Source of the DNA: Octopus bimaculoides
Lineage: Eukaryota
Direction of reading: 5' to 3'
Length of the DNA stretch: 64,000 nt
NCBI RefSeq assembly: GCF_001194135.2
Contig: NC_068985.1
Span: 20,613,067-20,677,066, forward strand
Below are positions 52,382 to 64,000 of this stretch, piece by piece; the first letter of the stretch is position 1; the number at the start of each line of letters is the position of its first letter. Below the pieces are notes generated by a model. The model was not told the origin of the DNA. It saw only the letters and a program-made list of their open reading frames with translations, and did not search any database. Made by a program: the position numbers and the translations under genes.

Positions 52382-53124
52382 TGCATGCATACATATATTT
52401 ACACACATACACAAGGACATGTATTGAATTTGATGTAATTCTATAATTCTATATACTGCATATAAAATAATATATAATTGCATAGAAACATGTCTTAAGC
52501 AGCTCAAATGTGCACCAACAAAATGTAACCATCAACAGCAACCATTAATAGAAGACGCTAATGGTGAAATAGCAATAAGATACTATGATACATGCACTGC
52601 TTATGTGCATGCATTGGTATGTGTGTTTGTGTGAATCTGTGTGTGCGTGTGTGTATCTGTGTATATGCATGCTTTTTGCATAGAGAGCTGAATATCTGTA
52701 ATCACATTTTAAAAATTTCTGTGAATTTCGTGTGCATTTTATTTGTTTGTTCTTAATCTTACTAAATTTCATAACCAGATTAGTTATAGTTTGTTAAACA
52801 AAAACAAACAAACAGATAATAACAAAACAAAGATAGATAGGCATTTTAACAGAGAAATACAGTAAAACTCTTAGAAAACATAAATATTTACATTACTATT
52901 CTGATTCAGGAATTCTAGATATTTTTCACTTATATATATAAAAAAAACAAAAAAAAAATAATAATAATGATAATAAAAGAGAAAGCAGAAATGAATTTAT
53001 AATCTTTGCTTGAAATGCAGAACATATTTAAAGACTATTTTTCTCAAAGTTTAATTTATTTTTAGTTCAAAGCTAAAAACAAGTCTTTGTTGATATTTAC
53101 TTGATTTTTATATTTTTTCATATG

Positions 53125-53182
53125 TTTTTTTTTTTTTTTCAGGTAAGTTCTTCAAGCTCTTGAAAACTGTGTTAAGGTAATT
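53125..53182 (+). promoter_or_regulatory. 3' splice site abutting a perfect 5' splice site (T15-CAG|GTAAGT), plus a 34-nt exon (53143-53176) ending AAG|GTAATT
   Basis: T run 53125-53139, AG 53141-42, GTAAGT 53143-48, second donor 53177-82; only the phase-1 frame is open (xKFFKLLKTVL). Confidence 0.6.
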
Positions 53183-53194
53183 ATTTTTCTATAC

Positions 53195-53235
<41 letters not shown>

Positions 53236-54147
53236 CATATANNNNNNNNNNNNNNNNNNNNNNNNNNNNNNNNNNNNNNNNNNNNNNNNNNNNNNNNNNN
53301 NNNATATATATATTACAGTGTGGGTTTGAGATTTGAAGTGAAAGAAAATTGCATGCAGTTCTGTATAAATTTGTGTATATGTAAATTCACTTCAATAGAT
53401 TTATGTGTGTGTATGTGTGTGTGCATGTGCATACAAGTGTATGCATACACACACACCTTTGCACATGTGCACACGAGATACCATTTCATTATATGAAAAA
53501 TTGCGTGCTAGGAATTTGTTCTTGTTTTCATACCTCTCCGAAAACAATCACATTATCTCTTGTTTTATGCATGTATGCACATACAGACACACATGTGCAT
53601 GCATATACATATATATATATGCATATGTATGTCATCATCCATCATCATTGTTTAACGTCCATTTTCCATGCTGGCATGAGGGTTGAACAGTTTGACTGAA
53701 GTCTGGAGAGCCAGCAGCTGCACCAGGCTCCGATCTGATCTGGCAATGTTTCTACAGTTGGATGCCCTTCTTAATGCCAACCACTCCAAAGGATATTTTT
53801 TCTGAAGGATTATTTAATACCTTTCACTAGACAACATATTAATTTTTACAAGGGAAAGCTCAACAGTAACAAAGTAACTTTAAAATTTCAGTTTACTTCA
53901 TATCATAAAACTGTCTGGTGGTAGTAAGCAGGCCAAAACTTCATCATCTCTGTCAACATTTTTCCTTTTAAAATTTATATATATATATACACAGGTGTGG
54001 CTGTGTTGTAAGAAACTTACTTCCCAACAACATGATTCCGGGTACAGTCCCAATGCATGGCACCTTGGGCAAGTGTCTTCTACTCTAGCCTCAGGCCAAC
54101 CAAAGCCCTGTGAGTGGATTTGATAGATGGAAACTGAAAGAAGCACA

Positions 54148-54185
<38 letters not shown>

Positions 54186-57100
54186 TTGTGTGTGTGCATG
54201 TCAGTGTTTATCCCCCCCACCGTCACTTGACAATTGATGTTGGTTTGTTTACATCCCCTGTAATTTAGCAGTTCGGCAAAAGAAAATGACAAAGTAAGTC
54301 CTGGGGTCGATTTCTTTGATTAAAGGTGGTGCTCCAGTATGGCCGCAGTCATATGGCTGAAATAAGTAAAAGAATAAAAGAAAGAACAAAAGGATACATA
54401 CCAGTGTCGTACGGTGGTTGTTGCATTGGGTGTGGCAGCACACCTAATGCAACAACCACCTTTCAAGCAGGGATATAACAAAAGTTTTCCATTAAGATTT
54501 GTGATTAAATAAACGAGTAAGTTTAATATTTATAATGAATTTGATATTTTTGATGGTTGTGCCGTGCACACCTAGCACACCCAGAATATACACCCGTGAT
54601 ATATGTATATATATCTAAACAAGGCATTGGTCAACCTGAAGCTTTAGTAGAGGTCAGCCCAGGGCTACAGCAGAAGACACTTGTCCAAGGTACCATAATA
54701 CAGTGCGACTGAACCTGAAATCATGTAGTTATGAAATAAGCACCTTAACCAACAGCCATGCCTATGCCTACAAGATTTAACTATGTCACATTATGCTAAG
54801 AAAGAGGGGCAATGCTTATGACAACAGCCTTTACAAAATCCCCAACAGACCAGTGGGATCAATAAAACTGATATTCAACATAAAACCAGCTATAATTGAT
54901 ATATTATTCAGTTAAAGATAAGAATATATTACACAGTTCATTTAAACACCAAACATTGTCATAAGATCATGCTACACCTATGGTGTGTTTTATGAGTGTT
55001 ATCGCCTTTTAATTTATCAGATTGCTGGTAATTTTACTGTCAAATGTTTATACATGATCCTCTGTGAGTCATTTATTGCCAAGCTATAAGCGTTTAAAGA
55101 CATTGCAATAAACACTTTGTTTCTAGTGCTTTTTTTTCCTAATGGTCTCCTTTGATCTTTGAAAACAAATATAGCTTTAGGAATATTAATCTAAGTTGAT
55201 ACAAACCAAGTTGAACAACAAATATTTTATTTTCTTCATTATTTATTTCTTTAACCTATCTTTTATCAATTATTCTATTTCATTTTACTTTTTTTTTACC
55301 CAGTCTGTGATACTTCCCACAATGCAAAGTGTTTGTATCTTAACATTCCTTTCTACAACCACTTAGCTAAATTGCTATACAATCTAGATTGATTAACTCG
55401 CTATCAATTGATTTTGGGTTTTTTTTTACTCCCATTTCCATAATGTTTTTTTTTTTTTTAATTAAACATTATTATAATAACAAGGATAAGGTTTCAGTTA
55501 AAAGGAATTTTTCAAGGTTCCTCAAGTTCATTTTTTACTTCTGTTAAATGCTTTACAATAGAATTATTTTGGCAAAGTTGACTTTTGCATCTAGTCTTGC
55601 TGAACCATAGCAATCAATAAAACTTGTTATGTATCTACAAAAGTATTCTATTGACGAGTTTATAGCAGGAAAAAAAAAACTGATGATCATTCTTGGTTCC
55701 AAAGACCAACAGAGAAAAATATGTTTTTCCAGTATAGTTGTTCTTACAAAACATAAACAGATATACATTACTATTATCTCTATCTAAATTGTTTATCTAT
55801 ATCTTTATATTCACATGTTTTTCACATTAGAACCACTTTATCATCTATACCTATTACCTTTGAAATTTCATTTCATTACTTTACTTTTTTTTTATTGTTA
55901 TTAAACATGTTTTCTAGTTTTTACTTTTTACAACCATAAAATTTTCTTTCATATATTGTTTATATATGCTTATAATGTGCTTTCACATCCATTGTATTTT
56001 ATGGTTGTACGTAGTATGCTTAGCTATAGTAGATTTATAATGCTGAAACAATTAAGAAGTGATTTTTGCATATATAGTATATGTGCACAATGGTAATGAA
56101 TAGCATCATATTGAACAAGAAGACAAAGCACATGTCACTACCTCTCTCAATCTCATTATTGTTGTCAGTACTTCTGTTTCTGTTTCTAGTCATCTGTTTG
56201 TCTGTTCATTTGCCTGTCCATTTATCTGACCATCCATTTATCTATCCGTCTATTTGTTTGTCTGTCTCTCTGCATCTGTCTATTGATCAATCACTCACTC
56301 AATCCATCTATCTATCATTCAAGCTTTCATGCACTGGTTCGCTCTGAAACACTAACCTAGATATATAGTAAATATCTATTACATATCACAATAAAATGGT
56401 TAGCTTCTGAAATATCATCTAACAGTAAAACAGTTAATGAAGAATATTTCAAGCAGTTGGATCTTAAGAATCATACAACCTATTTGAACCACAGTGAGAA
56501 AAGAAAAGCGTACAAAAAATTATTAAAATAAAATACAGTTATTTGGAATAGTTTAAATGTATCCCTTATAAAATAGATTACATATACTATTATCTAACAC
56601 AAATGAAAAATAGAGCAGTTATTGTATTTACAATCTGTAAATGTGAATACTTTAATATTTGTCTGCTATGAGGTTGCCAGTGCCACTGGACTGGCTTCTA
56701 TGCAGGTGGCACATAAAATACACCATTTTGAGCATGGCTGTTGCCAGTACCACCTGACTGGCCTTCATGCCGGTGGCACGTAAAAGCACCCACTACACTC
56801 TCAAAGTGGTTGGCGTTAGGAAGGGCATCCAGCTGTAGAAACTCTGCCAAATCAGATTGGAGCCTGGTGTAGCCATCTGGTTTGCCAGTCCTCAGTCAAA
56901 TCGTCCAACCCATGCTAGCATGGAAGGCAGACGTGAAGTGATGCTGATGATGATGATGGATATTGAACTAATGAGGGAGCTTCTATGTGGTCATACAAAC
57001 ATGCCCTTAAAAGAATCTAAATTCACTCATTTCTCATATCTCATAATAAAAACTGGAAGGATACATTGAACATCACATACATAACCAAGAGCATTTGATA

Positions 57101-57974
57101 AGTTTGAGTGAAATACCTCCTAGCTTGAAACAAATAGAAGTATTATCTAACATATATTTCAATGTTCTGTTTTATACAAATTAAATGAGTCATTGCCCTG
57201 AACTTTTGTAATCTCCCTACTACCAATATTAACTATAGACACAGGCATGGCCGTGTGATAAAAAGTTTGCTTCCAGCCCCATGGTTTCATGCTCAGTCCC
57301 ACTGTGTGGCACTTTAGGCAAGTGTTTTCTACTATAGCCTCAGACCACAAAGCTTTGTGAGTGGATTTGGTAGATGGAAACTGAAAGAAGCTCATTGTGT
57401 GTGCGCACGCGTGCGTGTTTGTGTGTGTGCTTGTGTGTTTACTGTCTCCTTGCCTTGACATGTAATAGTTATAAACAAATATTACTGTCATGCAAACAGC
57501 GTCCCTCTTTTCTAATCTTCCATGAAAACATGTCTGGTCATGAGAAAATATCATTTTACTTGGAAACGAGTAAGTGCATCCAGCCATAGAAAAATCCAGC
57601 TCAACAAAATCTATCTGACACATGCATGCATGGAAAGGTAGATGTGAAAACAATGATGCTCAGTACAGTTTTCACTGCCATCTCTGTTAGTCTATCAATC
57701 TTTGTTTTTCCTTGTATATCTTGAACATTCTAAGATGATTCTTATGCTATTTGCAAAGTCTTCACTGTCTAGTGCCTGCACTTGTGTTCACTGGCATGTC
57801 TGCTCTTTCAGCTTGCATAGTTTGAAACATTACTTGGTCAACTACCATCAAGAAAAACATCATCAGTAATAATTAGTATCCATACTTCACTCAGGTTTAT
57901 TATTTTTACCAATAAATAGTGCGGCATTAGTAGAAATCATTACAGTTCTATATTTAAGAGATGAGGAATTATGT

Positions 57975-58126
57975 GCATTATTTATATTATTTACATTATT
58001 TACATTTGACGGATATTTGGCTTCATCTTGTTTGTTAACACGTTTCAGCTGATATACCCTCCAGCCTTCATCAGGTGTCTTGGGGAAATTTCGAACCTGG
58101 GTTCTTATTCCTAAGGTATTTTTTGA

Positions 58127-58159
<33 letters not shown>

Positions 58160-58448
58160 TATTATTATTATTCAGGTCACTGCCCGTGGGCATATGGCAT
58201 AGTGGTTAAGAGCACAGGCTACTAACCCCAAGATTCCAAGTTCAATTCCAGGCAGTGACCTGAATAATAATAATAATAATAATAACAACAACAACAACAT
58301 CGAAAAATACCTTAGGAATGAGAACCTAGGATCGAAATTTCCCCAAGACCCCTTATGAAGGCTGGAGGGTATATCAGCCAAAACGTTGTGTTAATAACAA
58401 ACAAGATGAGGATAAATATCCATCAAATGTAAATAATGTAAATAATGC
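57975..58448. mobile_element. Fold-back Penelope derivative: inverted pLTR - tRNA-like cassette - (AAT)n - pLTR
   Basis: 57975-58184 is the reverse complement of 58251-58448; centre is the tRNA-like head; no ORF. Confidence 0.88.
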
Positions 58449-58479
58449 TGGGAAATCATTAGAACATACCTTTAGAAGA

Positions 58480-58682
58480 CTAGAGGAGTGTCTGACTTGG
58501 CAAGCTTTGGGTTGGTCAGAACCCAAAGTAAAAAAAAAGGAAGGCAGGACACTTGAAGATCACCTTCTGAAGATCAACAAAGAAAGGACTTGAAGAGATG
58601 ACATGGAACCAATGAAAAGAGAAACACCGAACAGACTATGCTAGAAGACTGCTATGGAAAGCTTATGTGCCACCAGGATCCA
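58480..58682 (+). mobile_element. Possible RTE-like LINE C-terminal remnant
   Basis: ...DDMEPMKRETPNRLC*KTAMESLCATR faintly resembles RTE ORF2 ends; heavily decayed. Confidence 0.3.
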
Positions 58683-59151
58683 AACAAGCTGTGTGTGTGT
58701 GTCTGTCTGTCTGTCTGTGTGTATGTGAGTATGTGTCATGCACACACATACTCACACGTATGTATAAGAATAACCTCTGTAAACTTTAATTAAATTTTCG
58801 TTTCACTCAGAGCACATCACCACATCTTACTTTAATACATTTTTACTAAACTTAATCTTGCTAATGCAAACTGTCATTTATCTTCATGAATTCTAATGAT
58901 TCAGTGTTTAGAAATTAAACTGACAGATAAGTCTGTATCAAGAGGAAACAATTATCTTACTAGCTAGTTAGATAGAAAGATATTTATCTACCCCCTTGCC
59001 TAGCCTCTTGCCATCCTACCTACAAACCTACCCAAATCTATTTATCAATCTAAATAAATAGCAGTCCATTCTTCTTTTCTCCCCTGCCCCTTGCTGCTCT
59101 GCTTACTCATCACCACGACCACCATTGCTGTTTTAATATTCTTGTATCAAT

Positions 59152-59575
59152 AAGGTGGCGAACTGGCAGAAACGTTAGCACACCGGGTGAAATGCTTAGC
59201 AGTATTTTGTCTGTCTTTATGTTCTGAGTTCAAATTCTGCTGAAATCGACTTTGCCTTTCATCCTTTCGGGGTCGATAAATTAACCACCAGTTCTCTCCA
59301 AAAATCTCGGCTTTGTGCCTAGTGTAGAAAAGTATATTCTTGTGTCAATAAGTCAGCAAGCTGGCAGAAATGTTAGCACTCCTGGTGAAATGTTTGGCAG
59401 CATTTCATCTGTCTTTACATTCAGAGTTCAAATTCCACTGAAGTCGACTTTGCCTTTCATCCTTTTGGGGGTTGATAAATTTATAAATTAAGTACCAGTT
59501 GTGTACTGGGGTCGATCTAATCGACTAGCCCCCACCCCCAAAATTTCGGGCCTTGTGCCTAGAGTAGAAAAGAAT
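59152..59575 (+). mobile_element. Two tandem family C SINEs bounded by three copies of one 17-bp target sequence
   Basis: aatattcttgtatcaat at 59135-59151 and 59573-59589; tatattcttgtgtcaat at 59333-59349. Confidence 0.9.
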
Positions 59576-61048
59576 ATTCTTGTATCAATGCTGGCATTAA
59601 TTGAGCATGAGCATGCTTGCAATACTGTATATCAACTTACACTTTTTATTTTGTCATCTTATCTATAAGACCACTGGCATTCAGTGAGTGAGCCAATGAG
59701 AGACCTCTGTGTAGTCAGTCAACCTTAAAGAAATAGCAGCCAAACTTCCCTCAAATCCTGCTACACCATCTTAGAAAAGAACACATCATTGAATAAGTGG
59801 GTCTTGAATTCCCAGGACATAGGAAAACAGACAGGATGGTCATAACTTGGATACCTCTGATCGCAGGTCAGCTTGATTAGGACTAACATGGGTTTAACCA
59901 TTTTTGTTACCATATTTCTGGAGAAATACACAGCCTGTGTTTCAACTAATTTCAAAAATAATGTAGAATTTAATAAAATAACTTTGTTATTAAGTTGGTG
60001 TTTAGCACATTAATTAAAAAGAAAATTTGATGGATCGTTTTAATTTAGATAATTTTTTTGAACAGAAAGTGTGTATCATAAAGTCAGGGGCAGTCTCAGA
60101 TGTGCCGGCATCAAAAGGGTGAAACTGCAGCAACAACAACAGTAACAACAACAAAACACCACCCACATGCCTCTTACTCTACTCGGTTTTCCAATAACAT
60201 TTTTTATCATTTATCATCTCATAGCATCTTTAGTGAGTGTTGTCTGTTCTCATTACTTGTTCTTATCAATGCAGCTGCCTTCTCCCCAACAAATCTTCAG
60301 TCTACATCTCATTACCGCAAAGTAATCTCTTCGTTGTATTATCACACAACTGGATTTGTTCTTCAGTGCTACCTCAACAATATATTTGTATCAAACAAAA
60401 TCTTTGTAACACTGACTTATTTATTTAAGGTTACACAGAGCAATTCACTTTTAGATAGAGACTAGCTCAATGTTAATTTTAACAATTCACTATCATTTGA
60501 AGTAGTTCAGTGTCTGTCATCACCATCATCATCATCGTTTTAACGTCCATGCTTGTATAAGTTGCACAGAATCTATCAAGGTAAATTTTATATGGCCAGA
60601 TGCCCCTCTTACCTTTGCCTGTTTCCAAGAAATATAATATTTCTCCATGGCTAGACATGTTTTCTCAGAGTATTAGAAATAAATGGCATTCATTTTGCAT
60701 CAAGAAATATCAAGACAAAAGAGACACAAATATACGTATATTCACATACATACACACATATCTATCCAAATTTGGGACCATGTGGTTGGGGAGGAAACTT
60801 CTCACCACACAGCCATGCCTGTGCCTATATTCAAAATGTAACTGCGTGTGTATCGTTGGTGATTCTCTTCCTTCATCTTCCCTTCCTTTGGACTTTCCTC
60901 TATTTCTGAAGAAGAGCAACGCTCAAAATGTTAAATCCTCTTTCCTTCCTTTTCTGAGCGTCTGATAATACAGTACTTGTACCACGTCCTCGCGTTATTG
61001 TTTTTTCTTGTTTGTTCTTCTTTGTTTGGATTCACTATATATACGTAT

Positions 61049-61973
61049 AGACTGGCAGAGAGTTTTGTGGACATTTTTAAAAGAGCTTTAAGGAAAGCAA
61101 ACAAGAAAGTCACAGATGAAGTCATTCTGCAGCAATTCCTAAGGGTATACAGGGTGGCATCCAGCACCAATATACCAGTATGAAGCTCACCAGCAAAAGT
61201 GATGTTTGCAAGAAGGTGAAATCAGCTTCTTGTTACCTGGTGAGGAAAGGAAAAGTATCAGGAAATACAATTCAAAATTTTTCAAAATGGTGATTAGATG
61301 TACATGAGGTCATATAAAGACAGAAAACAATACTGGGAAGAAGGCAAAATTATGAAGTACATAGCAAAAATGATGTATGGAATTAAAAGTAGAAAAGGTA
61401 TTGAAAAAGAACACAGAAACAAATTGAAGAAGAGATTCATAGAAAATGAACCAGACAGAACCTATGGAATGGCTGTATAACACACTCCAGGTACCAACAC
61501 CGTTACAGGTGGTTGAACCCACATGTACAAATGGAAGAAAAAGGAAGAACACAGAGTTCCTACAAATAGATGTCAAAAAGAAAAAATATTAAGTTGGAAA
61601 AAATGCTAAAAAGAGGGGAGGGTGAATAAAGTAAAATAAAATTACTTGCTTCCCAAAGAAAAGGCAAAAAAAAATAAAAGGGGCGATGTTGTAGAGAAAA
61701 TGGTACTCCCCTTCCCATGTAACACTATAAGGTCAGACAGTCAGTTGTTGTAGGAAGTCAGTAGTAGGAGAGTCATTGTACAAGTTCTCAGTTGGAGTCA
61801 GTGTCAGTTACTTGATATATACGAGTTTGAGTTACTATCAAGGTAGACATTTCAAGTCATTGTCTTGCGGAGCTATCAGCGATAGCATGATAGATGAGTC
61901 AAAGATAATAAAACACAAAATACTGCCACACCATAATTGTGGTGACAAGAATATTACAGTGCTGACAATAACA
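61049..61973 (+). mobile_element. Gypsy element 3' end: integrase C-half, PPT and 3' LTR (61687-~61973)
   Basis: LAESFVDIFKRALRK...LQQFLRVYRV...YMRSYKDRKQYWEEGKI...HRNKLKKR; aaaaggggcga purine tract then TGTTGTAG LTR start; LTR end at ...ataaca is tentative. Confidence 0.8.
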
Positions 61974-62351
61974 TACAAGTGGATGAGGATTCACATTATA
62001 ACAATACACACACACACACGCACACACACATATCATCATCATTATCATCATTTAATATCTGTTTTCCATGCTGGAAAGGGTTGGGCAGTTCAACAGGAGC
62101 TGGTAAGCCAGAGAGCTGTACCAGGCTCCAGCTTTCTGTTTTGGCTTGATTTCTATGGCTCGATGCCGTTCCTAATACTAACTACTTTACAGAGTGTACT
62201 GGGTACTTTTTACTTGGTAACCAGTGAGGTTACCTAGTAGCTTGCAAGACATAGATCTCTCAGCAGAGAGTGGAACTGGGTGAAATGTCTGTGAGTCAGG
62301 TGAGAGGTTAGAGTATAAAAGGACAGCGATAATGTTATCTTACTATATATA

Positions 62352-63669
62352 TCTATACTATATATAAAACAGAGATGTGTGTGTAATCGCTTTTCACGTG
62401 AAATCGACTTCACCAAATGCTTCCATACTTGTAATGCATGAATAATTTGACCTCGGATAAATCTTAGGCTCTTCATTTGATTTTTTTAATAAAAAATAAA
62501 TAATATTGCTTTATATTTAAGATTCACTTCTTTAAAAAGGTTCCTCAATGTCAACTTCCGGTATTGACGTAACAACCGCAAAAAGCTTCACTTTCTATTT
62601 TGTGTGTTCGTGTGTATGAGAGAGCGAGAGAGAGAGAGTAAATACTACATACACACCGCTCTCTCACTCTGTCTCACACACACCTTGACTCACACACACC
62701 TTGACTCACACACACCTTGACTCACACACACCTTGACTCACACACACCTTGACTCACACACACCTTGACTCACTTACACTGTGTCTTTTACAAACACACA
62801 CATACATAAATGTATACAAACATATTTACAAAGACACACGTGTGTATGTGCGCGCGTGCGTATTTGTAAGAGACAGAGTGTGAGTGAGTCAAGGGCTGTG
62901 TTGTCATATGCATACATCCAAAGATGTATGTATATTTATGCATGTACGTATACATGACAACAAACCTCTCTCTCTCACTCACACTCTGTCTCTTACAAAC
63001 ACACACATACATAAATGTATACAAACATATTTACAAAGACACACGTGTGTATGCATACGTGCGTGTGTGTGGTGGGGCTCCACAATCGTCATTTATTTCA
63101 ATTACTCTTCTGAGGATATTCACGTAAATCATTTTTTCATTTAATCATCATCATCATCATCATCGTTTAACGTCCGCTTTCCATGCTAGCATGGGTTGGA
63201 CGATTTGACTGAGGACTGGTGAAACCGGATGGCAACACCAGGCTCCAATCTNNNNNNNNNNNNNNNNNNNNNNNNNNNNNNNNNNNNTACAGCTGGATGC
63301 CCTTCCTAACGCCAACCACTCAGAGAGTGTAGTGGGTGCTTTTACGTGTCACCCGCACGAAGGCCAGTCAGGCGGTACTGGCAATGGCCACGCTCGAAAT
63401 GGTGTATTTTATGTGCCACCCGCACAAGAGCCAGTCCAGGGGCACTGGCAACGATCCCCATTTTAATTTTCGTAAAAGTTTCCAAGTACCAATGAGGTTT
63501 TTTGGCACATCTTCAATTTTCCCCATTCATGAGAGGCGCCCAGCCATCATTCATCTGAGAGTCCATCTACAGAATGTCCTCAAATTTCTATACAGCATAT
63601 TTTGCCTTTTTTTCTTCAAGTATATAAGCAACAATTTCATTCCCGAGCAACGCCGGGTGCCTCTGCTAG
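62352..63669 (+). mobile_element. Non-autonomous Helitron with Rep/Hel remnant and nested family A insertion (63143-63455)
   Basis: 5' a|TCTATACTATATATAAAA; 3' hairpin cccgagcaacgccggg (63642-63657) then CTAG|t; internal NEVFWHIFNF/PIHERRPAIIHLRVHL matches the Helitron FPIHER.P...HL.VHL motif. Confidence 0.85.
62677..62772. repeat. 16-bp minisatellite (acacacaccttgactc)x~6 inside the Helitron
   Basis: Tandem units with no unique spacers. Confidence 0.9.
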
Positions 63670-64000
63670 TATATATATATATATGAGAGGGTTTTTTTCA
63701 GTTTCCATCTGCCAGATTCACTCATAAGGCTTTGGTTAGCCAGGGACTATAGTAAAAGACACTTGCCTGGGGTGCCACACAGTGCAACTAATCTTGACCA
63801 TGTGGTTGGGAAGCAAACTTTTCAGCTACATAATTCATGGTATGTGTATGAAATTTTAGTTAAAATTTAAAAAAAGAAACTCTAAATAACTTAAGTGGAC
63901 TAATGGCTAGAATTTGCCATAAATCAAAAATGCTTAATGAATTAAATTTCCTATTAAGTTGGAGGAAGAAAACAAAATCCTAGCATCAATATTTATGGGA

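Noticed and set aside
62677-62772. CRISPR-like repeat array (also considered for family A subunits)
   Set aside because: No unique spacers, eukaryotic context, no cas genes

Overview
AT-rich, microsatellite-dense animal genomic DNA with 8 N-gaps. It is almost certainly intronic or intergenic sequence of a coleoid cephalopod; the repeat families match my recollection of Octopus, not a database search. There are no prokaryotic features and no recognisable host protein gene, and nearly all ORF-track entries are artefacts of gaps, microsatellites or repeats. The window is a mosaic of at least three tRNA-headed SINE families and an RTE-3'UTR-derived family with (GAT)n tails. It also holds decayed Penelope, Gypsy, CR1/L2, R4/Dong, RTE, Tc1 and Helitron elements, plus many fold-back hairpins. 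Best leads: (1) a Penelope element whose 3' end carries a tRNA-like Pol III cassette followed by a minimal, dimer-type hammerhead ribozyme, with a fold-back non-autonomous derivative; (2) a textbook AG|GTAAGT recursive-splice-site/RS-exon motif at 53143; (3) several long inverted duplications and pre-miRNA-sized hairpins. Repeat boundaries are approximate (about +/-10-20 bp) unless stated to the base.
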